In this document: positions 20,217-28,565 of the stretch, piece after piece | How positions within the stretch are numbered: position 1 is the first letter of the stretch | How the letters are laid out: each line of letters opens with the position of its first letter | IMG/VR virus record: IMGVR_UViG_3300013121_000010 | Location: 77,903-141,902 of that record | DNA: 64,000 nt | Direction: 5' to 3' (one strand) | From: a virus | Taxonomy: Duplodnaviria; Heunggongvirae; Uroviricota; Caudoviricetes | Made by a program: the position numbers and the translations under genes | The notes under the pieces: model-generated | Told to the model about the DNA's origin: nothing | The model's database searches: none | Seen by the model: only the letters and a program-made list of their open reading frames with translations

Positions 20217-21261
20217 TTCTTATACTCCTTGAACTCAAATCTACAGGAACAAAATCTTCTTGAAATTCAAAGAAATTCTCATAACCACTAATAAGCTTTT
20301 CATTACCTCTTGGGAAAACAGCAAATTTGTTATTGTATATAAAACAATATTCAAGTAATTTACCTAATGATTCTTTATGTCTTATTATTCTATTAGCAGT
20401 ATCAACACCTACTAAATAGGTAGAATTTATTGGGTATAAGTGAAATTTATCTATAAATAAAGGAGCTTTAGTAAAACAAACAGCATTTATATTATTTTCT
20501 TTATACAAAACACTTCTATTTCTATAATCAAGATAATCAAGATTAGGTTTATCGAAATTTTGTACAGATATGTCTAACGTTACTTTTTGTTTAAATTTAT
20601 TAGCCGAATAATTTATTATAGCACGATGACCATCATGTAATGGATTAAAAGAACCTGAATATATAAGATTGCTGCATTTTTCACTATTTATAATAACTTG
20701 CTTAAGAGCAAACTGTTCTTTAGTATCAAAAAATAATCTTGGTGTATCTTCTTCGTGCTGGAAATAGAATTTTTCAGATTTTACACAATCCCATTCATCT
20801 TCTGATAAATGAAAAGTTCCCATTTCAAGACCATCTAGAATTACTTCACTTACTAATTCTTCTTCTTCTTGTCTGCTTCTATTTTCAAGCAATTTAAAAC
20901 TTGTACTACAAATAACTTCACGTTCTAAATATGTAATGTGAAATGAGTGTTCTCTACCAACCCTCTCTACATTACTAGAACGCAAACTTGCACAACAAGC
21001 AAGAGAAACGCACTCATTGAAATCATAACCCAAATCTAACATCTTTTGCATACCGGCCATTGCAAGTTGTCTTGATGTTAGTTGTGAATTATATTTTTCA
21101 GGTTTAAAACCAAGAAAATCATCTACACATTTTGTAGAATATGGAACGTAAGCACCGGCAAAATAGCTTGACGCACCACCATTTCTTAGTATTTTACCTA
21201 TAGCTTCTGTGCCACCGCCAGTAATAGTCAGAAAAAGTTTTTTATCCATAATTAATACCAT
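20200..21261 (-). CDS. nicotinamide-nucleotide adenylyltransferase domain protein (NatV-like)
   Basis: GSFNPLHDGHRAII HxGH nucleotidyltransferase motif in the C-terminal half; lies beside nadV. Confidence 0.65.
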   Translation of the reverse strand: MVLIMDKKLFLTITGGGTEAIGKILRNGGASSYFAGAYVPYSTKCVDDFLGFKPEKYNSQLTSRQLAMAGMQKMLDLGYDFNECVSLACCASLRSSNVERVGREHSFHITYLEREVICSTSFKLLENRSRQEEEELVSEVILDGLEMGTFHLSEDEWDCVKSEKFYFQHEEDTPRLFFDTKEQFALKQVIINSEKCSNLIYSGSFNPLHDGHRAIINYSANKFKQKVTLDISVQNFDKPNLDYLDYRNRSVLYKENNINAVCFTKAPLFIDKFHLYPINSTYLVGVDTANRIIRHKESLGKLLEYCFIYNNKFAVFPRGNEKLISGYENFFEFQEDFVPVDLSSRSIRNAAGV

Positions 21262-21525
21262 ATTAGATTATTGAATAGTTATCTCATAGCCGCGATTCTG
21301 TTAATGTTTATGGTCGCCCATATAACATCGTTTAATATTTATCTGTTTAGTAAACTAAACCGGAGTATTAACTTCCGCGCCTTAACCCGAATATCATAGG
21401 CCCGCAATCCGCCTAATTCTGTTTAAGTTGCTGCCATCTGCGTGATACAAACGAAACCACGATTAAAACGGGTTTCTCTCACGGTCTGCGGAGCAGTCAC
21501 GAACTTCCTCGGGGTTTCCCCCGCA

Positions 21526-24006
21526 TTAAACCGAATAACTTTTCAATAATCTTTGCTTTATATAACTTAAATTTGTTGTTTTCTCAGAATATCCATTGTA
21601 AAATACTGTCTGTAAACAATCTAAACTGTTATATATTTTTTTACTTACAGTTTTATAACTCCCGTTTTCTTTAATGAGAGATAAACGCCCTCTTTTTGAA
21701 GTCTTAAAAGATTGTCCAACAGGCTCTTTATAAACATCATATTCTTCATCATCAATTGCAATACTACTACACTTTATAGCAAACCCCATTGTATCTCTAT
21801 CTAATTTTTGTAAAAGACCACCGCCACTTCCAAATGTTAAATTATCTAGTGACCACTTGTTTGTTAAACAAACTGTATCAAGAATATTGAGTAAACTATT
21901 TCTATTAATTCCATCACCCTGAATAACCCTTACTTTAGGATTTAGAACTTTAAATCCTTTGGAGTTAGTAGTGTAACCAAACTTTTCTCCTAGAACATTT
22001 AAGATTTTAGGTAGAACTTCAAGTGGGTCGCCAGAGTTACCACTAATAGATATTCTATGGTTTCTACGAACTATAATAGCCCCACTAGGAACAGTAACAC
22101 AATATACTTTACCATCATAATTTTTAAAAGTTTTTTCTATACCTTGCCCATCTATAAAATCTTGTTTTATAATATGAACAGTATGTACATCATTAAAAAT
22201 ATCTTTTCTATTATCTTTAGCTATACTGTATTTAGTTTTATACCCAGAAAAACAAGCTAATAATTGCACTATTTCAGCATTAATACCAATAGTTGTATCA
22301 TATTTAAATCTTTTATCACTTCTTCTTGTACCATCCCAATAAGAACACTCTTCTATAAATTGTTGACAGTATTTATAATCTATGTTATTAATAATATCAT
22401 TAACCCATTTAAAATCTTTAAAAATACTAAAAGGTACTTTTACATATATAGTTTTTTGATTCTCTCTTTCTTTTTCTTGATGTATAGAATATTCATAACA
22501 TCCTTCTTCACAAATTTTTATAATACGTTCTATTTTTCTTTGTTTGGTAAAATTAAATCTAATCTTAGTAAAACCATTTTTAAATGAATTTTCTTGATTA
22601 TGATTACTTTCATAAGAACCATCTGCTTGAAACGCTATTTTAATAGCGTGTTCTGGAGTAAATAAAATTGGATTTAAACAAGTTAATTTACCAGCCATTA
22701 TATGATTTCTATCATGGTAATACTTAATATCTTTAGCTTGTTTTACAAATATTTCCCCCTTTTTATTTTTAGTATAACATCTATGATTTGGAGTAACTAA
22801 TAAGTCTACCCCACGTTTATCATTAAAAATACTTACCATTTCGCCAATATAATCTTGGCATATGTATTTTACTGGTTTAACAAACTCTATATTACCATTA
22901 TTATATTGAGCTACATATGTATTAATATTGATACTGTTAAATAACTTCCATCCATCATTTGTTAATATTTCAGTTTTTTCATCATAACAGTCTGGCCTAA
23001 CTACAAGCACACCATCCCTATTTAAAACTTTATCTCTTAGTTCTCCACCCCAAATATTTTCACAAGCATTAAAAATGTCATAGCTATCACTAACACAAGC
23101 AACAAAACCTTCTGGATACACTTTAAGCATATTTCTGTATGCCTCTACTTCTCTGCTTTTACCCCACGAAGTAATAGTTGAATGTTCACTTGCCGGTATA
23201 GAGCTTCCACAACTGGAAGTTGTTTCATCAGCATAATATTCATCTAAAAGTTGAATACCTGCAAGAGTATCAGTACCTTTAAAATTTAATAGGTGAGCAG
23301 CAGCACCAATAGCTGCCGTTTCCATACTAGAAACACCTCTAAAACCGAAATCATGCAGTTTATAATCTACATAACTTTCTGGTTCGTCAGAACTAAGTCT
23401 ATGAAACTTTAAAAGTTTCTTTTTAAGGTAATAAGATTGAGAAGCTACAGTAATAGGATACCAAACTTGCATAAGTAAGGTTTCCAAATAATTTGTAAGC
23501 CAAAAGAACCTATCATCTGTATTTTCAATAATCATTAGGACATTTCCTACTGGAACTACTGAACCTTCTGGAACCGCGTTAATAATAACTGGTAAACGCC
23601 CACCGTATTCTTTATACATTTCAGCCCAACCTTGAGTGTTGAACTTGCAATTTGGCATATATTTAGAATGAAAAGCTTCAGCATCTTTAATATCATTCAT
23701 GTTAAATACATGACCAGTTAAATGCTTTTCAATTAAGTATTGTAGACCGAAAAATACGGTTTCTCCATTACCAAAATCATCTTTACCACCACGAGCTTCT
23801 AAATAAGAATAAATTCCTTTTGTTCCTGGTGGGTATTGCTCATAGTGTGATAACTTATAACCGTCTGTTTTAAGAATTAAGTTCACTGTAAAGTTCCTTT
23901 GCTGAATTTTCCCAACTAAACATTTTAGCAGTTTTAATGCCTTCGGCATTTTCAACGCCTGTCTTGCTCTGTAAGAGATTATACATGACTTCGGCAACGC
24001 TGTCAA
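21526..24006 (-). CDS. nadV: nicotinamide phosphoribosyltransferase (NadV/NAMPT) interrupted by an intein
   Basis: LILKTDGYKLSHYEQYPP N-terminus; the RPD-SGDP active-site motif is split by a 318-aa Hint insertion; the true start is probably an internal Met near 23949 (MPKALK...). Confidence 0.8.
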   Translation of the reverse strand: MTALPKSCIISYRARQALKMPKALKLLKCLVGKIQQRNFTVNLILKTDGYKLSHYEQYPPGTKGIYSYLEARGGKDDFGNGETVFFGLQYLIEKHLTGHVFNMNDIKDAEAFHSKYMPNCKFNTQGWAEMYKEYGGRLPVIINAVPEGSVVPVGNVLMIIENTDDRFFWLTNYLETLLMQVWYPITVASQSYYLKKKLLKFHRLSSDEPESYVDYKLHDFGFRGVSSMETAAIGAAAHLLNFKGTDTLAGIQLLDEYYADETTSSCGSSIPASEHSTITSWGKSREVEAYRNMLKVYPEGFVACVSDSYDIFNACENIWGGELRDKVLNRDGVLVVRPDCYDEKTEILTNDGWKLFNSININTYVAQYNNGNIEFVKPVKYICQDYIGEMVSIFNDKRGVDLLVTPNHRCYTKNKKGEIFVKQAKDIKYYHDRNHIMAGKLTCLNPILFTPEHAIKIAFQADGSYESNHNQENSFKNGFTKIRFNFTKQRKIERIIKICEEGCYEYSIHQEKERENQKTIYVKVPFSIFKDFKWVNDIINNIDYKYCQQFIEECSYWDGTRRSDKRFKYDTTIGINAEIVQLLACFSGYKTKYSIAKDNRKDIFNDVHTVHIIKQDFIDGQGIEKTFKNYDGKVYCVTVPSGAIIVRRNHRISISGNSGDPLEVLPKILNVLGEKFGYTTNSKGFKVLNPKVRVIQGDGINRNSLLNILDTVCLTNKWSLDNLTFGSGGGLLQKLDRDTMGFAIKCSSIAIDDEEYDVYKEPVGQSFKTSKRGRLSLIKENGSYKTVSKKIYNSLDCLQTVFYNGYSEKTTNLSYIKQRLLKSYSV
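22036..22989 (-). mobile_element. intein in NadV with a LAGLIDADG-like endonuclease domain
   Basis: VVRPD + C YDEKTEILTNDGW ... ISISGN + SGDPLEV; FQADGSY LAGLIDADG-like motif. Confidence 0.6.
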
Positions 24007-24967
24007 CGGTCACGCTGGCCCAATTACCAACCATCCCGTCAAACCAAATTCCATCCCAGGCAGGTTCTAAACCTTTTGGTTTTATAAGAATTGAATTTTT
24101 ATCACTACAGAATTGAGTATGTGCAGAGTAATCGGTAATACCAATCCACTTACCACAAGCAAGCATTTCAAGGGCTTCTAAATTCCAACCTTCTGCTCTA
24201 GATGGAAAAATACCAAAGTCTGCCTCATTCATAATTGCGGCGACTTCTTGTTGGGTTTCTACTCTTCCAAGTAGTTTAACTCTACTATCTTCTGCATAAG
24301 GTTTTACCCATTGTTTTGTTTGTTGTTCACTTAAAAATGGGTTATGATTCATCATCCATAATTCAACGTCGTCTCTACCTTTAAAAGCTTTTTGAAAAGC
24401 AGAAAGAAGTATATCGTGACCTTTTCTTATTTCCCATTTACCTATATTAAGAAATACGATTTTGCCATCCTTTCTTTTTTTAGGTTTAGGATTAAAGATT
24501 GATGTATCTACACCAAGGGGAATAACGGAAGTTTTAATAGAAGAACAATCTTCAACTACTTCCTTAGCCCAATCTGAACAAACAAAAACTCTGTCTAAAG
24601 CTGATAGGTGCCACAACTCTCTACTTGTAAACTTATTAAGTTCAAATATTGGAAAACCTATACGCTCACCCTTACCTATATGTTTTGCCATATCAAACTG
24701 ATGCCAAATCAGTAAGGACGGTGCAAGAGGGTCATACATATTTTGACGGTCAATACAACACCCGATAATCGTTTTATCTAAGTCAGAACATTTATAAACT
24801 ATATTTCCAATTGGAAAAAGGGTTGTTTCAAATAACCCACTATTTTCCATTGCTTTTAGAAGGTGAAACCCAGTTTGACCATATCCTAGTGAATTTATAG
24901 GACATTGAAGATTAATATTCATTTTACCACCTACTAATTGAAGTTTCACCAATAATACCTTCTTCAT
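23870..24967 (-). CDS. glycosyltransferase family 1 (GT4-like)
   Basis: C-terminal GT-B motifs EADFGIFPSRAEGWNLEALEMLACGK. Confidence 0.65.
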   Translation of the reverse strand: MKKVLLVKLQLVGGKMNINLQCPINSLGYGQTGFHLLKAMENSGLFETTLFPIGNIVYKCSDLDKTIIGCCIDRQNMYDPLAPSLLIWHQFDMAKHIGKGERIGFPIFELNKFTSRELWHLSALDRVFVCSDWAKEVVEDCSSIKTSVIPLGVDTSIFNPKPKKRKDGKIVFLNIGKWEIRKGHDILLSAFQKAFKGRDDVELWMMNHNPFLSEQQTKQWVKPYAEDSRVKLLGRVETQQEVAAIMNEADFGIFPSRAEGWNLEALEMLACGKWIGITDYSAHTQFCSDKNSILIKPKGLEPAWDGIWFDGMVGNWASVTVDSVAEVMYNLLQSKTGVENAEGIKTAKMFSWENSAKELYSELNS

Positions 24968-25325
24968 TTATTTTATAAAAAATTATAAAATTTCTATTTA
25001 CATAATCATTAATTAAAATAGCAAATGAATGACTAAATACACAGTGATTATCCTTACGTTTACATTCCTTAATTAAATCTTCTACGCATTCTAAGAATGT
25101 GCTAAAATTAAAATAATTTACGGCAAAAGCAAAGGAAAAGATACTACCTTTAGCTGATTCATTAATATATTTTCCAGCACCACCATTCTTTTTAATAGCC
25201 GCCCAAATATTCCAGTGAGAATTATCAATTTCTGTATATCTATCTAAATTGCTATTTAAATATTTTTCAAACTTATCTGAATCACAAATTTCTAATGTAA
25301 AAGTTATATTGCTAACACTACTCAT
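24924..25325 (-). CDS. hypothetical protein
   Basis: ORF only. Confidence 0.3.
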   Translation of the reverse strand: MSSVSNITFTLEICDSDKFEKYLNSNLDRYTEIDNSHWNIWAAIKKNGGAGKYINESAKGSIFSFAFAVNYFNFSTFLECVEDLIKECKRKDNHCVFSHSFAILINDYVNRNFIIFYKINEEGIIGETSISRW

Positions 25326-25684
25326 TAATAAACCTCATAGTTTATGTAAACAGGAATATTATATTCATTAGATATATCAGTAAAAACCTTTTCTAAGTAA
25401 TTTTTCTTTTCTGCAAAAACTTCACCTTTAATATCTATATTAACTTTTAAGTGTTTATAGAAAAACAAGAAATAAGCTTCTTTATTAATAGTAATAGTTA
25501 CATTAACTCCATTATATTCTCCGGAGAAATTAAGAATAGTAAAGAAGGGGATAGAATAGGTGAAAATGACATAACTATTGATATAATATTCATTTTCATA
25601 TTCTCTTAAATATTTTAATATTTTTTGTTTTAACATACGCCATAAATATTTTTCTTCATTTATATTATTTATCTTAATTGACAT
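25325..25684 (-). CDS. hypothetical protein
   Basis: ORF only. Confidence 0.3.
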   Translation of the reverse strand: MSIKINNINEEKYLWRMLKQKILKYLREYENEYYINSYVIFTYSIPFFTILNFSGEYNGVNVTITINKEAYFLFFYKHLKVNIDIKGEVFAEKKNYLEKVFTDISNEYNIPVYINYEVY

Positions 25685-26376
25685 TTCTTAATTTCCCTTT
25701 TATTCAATTGTCTTTTAGATACAATCACTTTATTGTAAGAGTAAGTATTACGAGAACCATAAACACCAGTTCTATTAATATTGTATTTTATATAATGTAG
25801 ATAAGAATGTCTATCAAAAGCATCTGGGAAAAACCACCCTTTCTTAGCAATTTTAACTTCTACTTCATACCATATACCTTCTCTCTTATAATAATTCTTA
25901 CCATCTATTAACTTAATCTGATTAAAAGAATTAGAAGTTTTACGATAAACCTTTTTGTTTTCTGATTTTTGCAAGCATCCATTTTCATTTACAAAGAAAA
26001 TATCATTAAGACCAGAATATCTTTTGTCTAGTACCCGTCTATTTATAATCAAATTCAGAATATAACGTTCTTGCTGTTTTGTATAGATTGAGTAAAGTTC
26101 AGACTTTATATCATTAAAGTTTCTACCAATGTTTTTGTTTAAGAAGCCAAGAATAGGCTGGTCATAATAAGACCAACTCTTTGTGTCCCAACCGTAAACT
26201 TTACGAAGGTTTCCATTATCAGCAATATTTGATTTTTTACCATTTCTTACAGCTTTGTAAGATGGTAAGAAAGACGGTCTTTTAGAACCAATCGCTATTT
26301 TCTTTTTACTTTTCATAGACGCTAATAGCAGAATCGAACTGCCTACCGTAAATTTTGCAGATTCATGCCGGACCAC
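25669..26376 (-). CDS. hypothetical protein
   Basis: ORF only. Confidence 0.35.
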   Translation of the reverse strand: MVRHESAKFTVGSSILLLASMKSKKKIAIGSKRPSFLPSYKAVRNGKKSNIADNGNLRKVYGWDTKSWSYYDQPILGFLNKNIGRNFNDIKSELYSIYTKQQERYILNLIINRRVLDKRYSGLNDIFFVNENGCLQKSENKKVYRKTSNSFNQIKLIDGKNYYKREGIWYEVEVKIAKKGWFFPDAFDRHSYLHYIKYNINRTGVYGSRNTYSYNKVIVSKRQLNKREIKKCQLR

Positions 26377-26397
26377 CCGACTTTCGGTTTATTAGCG
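26319..26397 (-). tRNA. tRNA-Cys (GCA)-like with an enlarged D region
   Basis: Acceptor CGCTAAT/ATTAGCG; anticodon stem TGAAT/ATTTA with loop CTGCAAA; T-arm GGCAG-TTCGATT-CTGCT; D region about 6 nt longer than canonical. Confidence 0.45.
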
Positions 26398-26402
26398 AAA
26401 AG

Positions 26403-26473
26403 TGCCTGTAGACAGAATCGAACTGTCGAAGTTTGATTGGAAGTCAAACAGTTTACCACTAACTTACACAGGC
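26403..26473 (-). tRNA. tRNA-Gly (TCC)
   Basis: Acceptor GCCTGTG/TACAGGC; D stem AGTT/AACT; anticodon stem TTTGA/TCAAA with loop CTTCCAA; T-arm GACAG-TTCGATT-CTGTC. Confidence 0.6.
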
Positions 26474-26490
26474 TTAGAAGCTCACGTTTT

Positions 26491-26519
26491 ATTATATCGC
26501 AAGAAGGTCGTTTTGTCAA
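26491..26519 (-). promoter_or_regulatory. sigma70-like promoter TTGACA-17-TATAAT (minus strand) upstream of tRNA-Gly
   Basis: Reverse complement reads TTGACAaaacgaccttcttgcgaTATAAT. Confidence 0.55.
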
Positions 26520-26788
26520 TATATTTTCATATTTATGATATAATTAAACTTATCAACAATATAATCAATTATATATGTTTTCCTAATATTCTTTGCAAAG
26601 CAAACATAAATAAAAATGTAGCTTAAAGGAAATGGTTGAATTGCTATCATAAAAGCAACTAGCAAATCAGTAAATATTAATTCGCATAACTCTCTTCTAA
26701 AACAACCTATTATTTTTAGTAGAGTAATTAGTGAAATTAAAACGTAAATTAATATAAAGTAATACATAATTTTATTCTTGAAAATCAT
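26516..26788 (-). CDS. small membrane protein
   Basis: Two or three hydrophobic helices. Confidence 0.3.
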   Translation of the reverse strand: MIFKNKIMYYFILIYVLISLITLLKIIGCFRRELCELIFTDLLVAFMIAIQPFPLSYIFIYVCFAKNIRKTYIIDYIVDKFNYIINMKIY

Positions 26789-26851
26789 CAGCTACAATAT
26801 AACTATTTAACATTTACCGCTTTACGAATTGTATTTTTCTCTGTTCTTCTT

Positions 26852-26916
26852 TAAAAGTAGAACATTTAGATGCAAATTCTTTAGTGTAGAACATTTAGAT
26901 GCAAATTCTTTAGTTA
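26852..26916. repeat. tandem direct repeat, about 31 bp x2
   Basis: gtagaacatttagatgcaaattctttagt occurs twice in tandem. Confidence 0.6.
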
Positions 26917-27020
26917 TGCCAATTTGTCTATTAAAATAGAATATTTTTTTACTTCTATTTCTTTTTATTTTTGCACTTAAAAGCAAAGGAAGTGAAAATA
27001 AATAAAATATGAAATACCTT

Positions 27021-27386
27021 CTATTCAATTGCTAATTCCTTACACTTATTAATAAGTAATTTTAAATTTTTTTCTGTTTTTGTACAAATATCTTTAATCA
27101 TCCAACTAAAGAATACATTAGCAATATTATTAGTAACATCTTGTACATTTGAACTGTAACCAAAAACTGTCATCATATTAACAAACTCATTATAAATTGC
27201 ACAATATGCATTTTCTCCATTAAGATAAATTTTAACATCTTCTAAAGATGGAGTATTAGAAGAATGATAAGAATATACTTGATTATGGTTTTCACATGGA
27301 ATCCCGCGAGGAACCACTAAAACAAGACCATCACCATAAGGATTATAATCTACATAAAGTGGTGTATTAGGTATCTGTACGCTCAT
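27021..27386 (-). CDS. hypothetical protein
   Basis: ORF only. Confidence 0.35.
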   Translation of the reverse strand: MSVQIPNTPLYVDYNPYGDGLVLVVPRGIPCENHNQVYSYHSSNTPSLEDVKIYLNGENAYCAIYNEFVNMMTVFGYSSNVQDVTNNIANVFFSWMIKDICTKTEKNLKLLINKCKELAIE

Positions 27387-27456
27387 AATTGTCTCCTTTA
27401 TTCAAAACATATTCTTCCCAGGTTTGCTGCTAAACTACTTCGCGTTATCTCCAAAG

Positions 27457-27527
27457 TGCGATATACCGTAATCGAAACGGTGACTAAAATTTGGTAAATT
27501 TTTATTTTTCCACTAAACTAATATCGC
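27457..27527 (-). tRNA. tRNA, anticodon uncertain (loop TTACCAA)
   Basis: Acceptor GCGATAT/ATATCGC; T-arm ACCGT-TTCGATT-ACGGT; AT-rich body. Confidence 0.4.
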
Positions 27528-27535
27528 GTTACACA

Positions 27536-27610
27536 GTCCTACCATTAAGAATCGAACTTAACGTCTCAATGTTATCAGCATTGATTTAGCAACCAGCTAA
27601 ACTAGTAGGA
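27536..27610 (-). tRNA. tRNA-Ile (GAT)
   Basis: Anticodon stem CAATG/CATTG with loop CTGATAA; T-arm TTAAG-TTCGATT-CTTAA. Confidence 0.55.
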
Positions 27611-27619
27611 TAAATTAAG

Positions 27620-27711
27620 CGAAGGCTGAGGGAGTCGAACCCTCACCGGATTTTACTCGCGGATTAGTTTAGCAAACTAACGTAACAAAACCACATTTTT
27701 ACCTAACCTTC
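27620..27711 (-). tRNA. tRNA-Ser (GCT), type II
   Basis: Acceptor GAAGGTT/AGCCTTC; anticodon stem TTAGT/ACTAA with loop TTGCTAA; long variable arm; T-arm GAGGG-TTCGACT-CCCTC. Confidence 0.5.
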
Positions 27712-27722
27712 ATTGCTCTTAT

Positions 27723-27751
27723 ATTATACCGGACGGTTCCCGTATTGTCAA
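27723..27751 (-). promoter_or_regulatory. sigma70-like promoter TTGACA-17-TATAAT (minus strand)
   Basis: Reverse complement reads TTGACAatacgggaaccgtccggTATAAT. Confidence 0.55.
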
Positions 27752-27786
27752 GTCAAGTGGCGGTTATACCGCATAAGCTAAATTCT

Positions 27787-28068
27787 CTAAACTTTCTGAC
27801 TTTTGCATAATTCCTCAAATATCTTTACAATAATATCACCGTGGCAAGCCAGCGGTTTACAATAACAACCAAGCCTAGCATCGCCTTTGTGACACAGTGA
27901 TTTTATATGATTCATAATGACTGGACTAGAACGAGCATATTCCTCGTACTTCATTATAACGGTTTCTCGGTCGCCGTCAACCCCTATAACGTAGGGATTC
28001 CCAAACGGAGAACCACGACCTATGTATATATCGTATGGTTCTTTTTTAAGATTAACTACTGTTAACAT
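27787..28068 (-). CDS. DUF4326-like protein
   Basis: YIGRGSPFGNPY...CYCKPLACHGDII pattern. Confidence 0.45.
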   Translation of the reverse strand: MLTVVNLKKEPYDIYIGRGSPFGNPYVIGVDGDRETVIMKYEEYARSSPVIMNHIKSLCHKGDARLGCYCKPLACHGDIIVKIFEELCKSQKV

Positions 28069-28070
28069 TT

Positions 28071-28265
28071 CTAGCAGGAACCTTCAGGTTGGTTCTGAAA
28101 TGGAACTCCGTAATTCTGGTAGATACCATGCTTAAGACCTGTTTTCTTGACAAGTACTAAATCTAAATGCTCATTTATACATTTAATTTGTTCTTCATTC
28201 AGTTTCTTCGGTTCGCCCAATTCTAAAAAACCACGCAACCAATAGCAAAAATTCAAACTTTCCAT
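28071..28265 (-). CDS. hypothetical protein
   Basis: ORF only. Confidence 0.3.
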   Translation of the reverse strand: MESLNFCYWLRGFLELGEPKKLNEEQIKCINEHLDLVLVKKTGLKHGIYQNYGVPFQNQPEGSC

Positions 28266-28277
28266 TTCTTATTCCTT

Positions 28278-28481
28278 TTAACTTTTCCCAACATATTCAT
28301 TATTCCAAAAGTTCTTACACATAGCAACCCATCTATCATTAGAGATTCCATGTAATTTATTTCTATTTGTTAGTAGAAAGCATATTCCGGCAGGTGTATT
28401 TATATCAAACCCCTTTCTTTCCATTTCCATTAAACAGAATTCTACAGCAGCTTTTTGTTTTTCATTTAAAGTAAAATACAT
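28278..28481 (-). CDS. hypothetical protein
   Basis: ORF only. Confidence 0.3.
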   Translation of the reverse strand: MYFTLNEKQKAAVEFCLMEMERKGFDINTPAGICFLLTNRNKLHGISNDRWVAMCKNFWNNEYVGKS

Positions 28482-28565
28482 AATTTATTCATCCATAAGT
28501 TTATAAACAATAGATGCAAGGAAAACTGCAAATATTGTTGAAACGATAAAAATAAACATTTTACA

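Noticed and set aside
26852-26916. 31-bp tandem direct repeat that could look like a CRISPR-type array
   Set aside because: Only two contiguous copies with no spacer, so it is a simple tandem duplication and not CRISPR-like.
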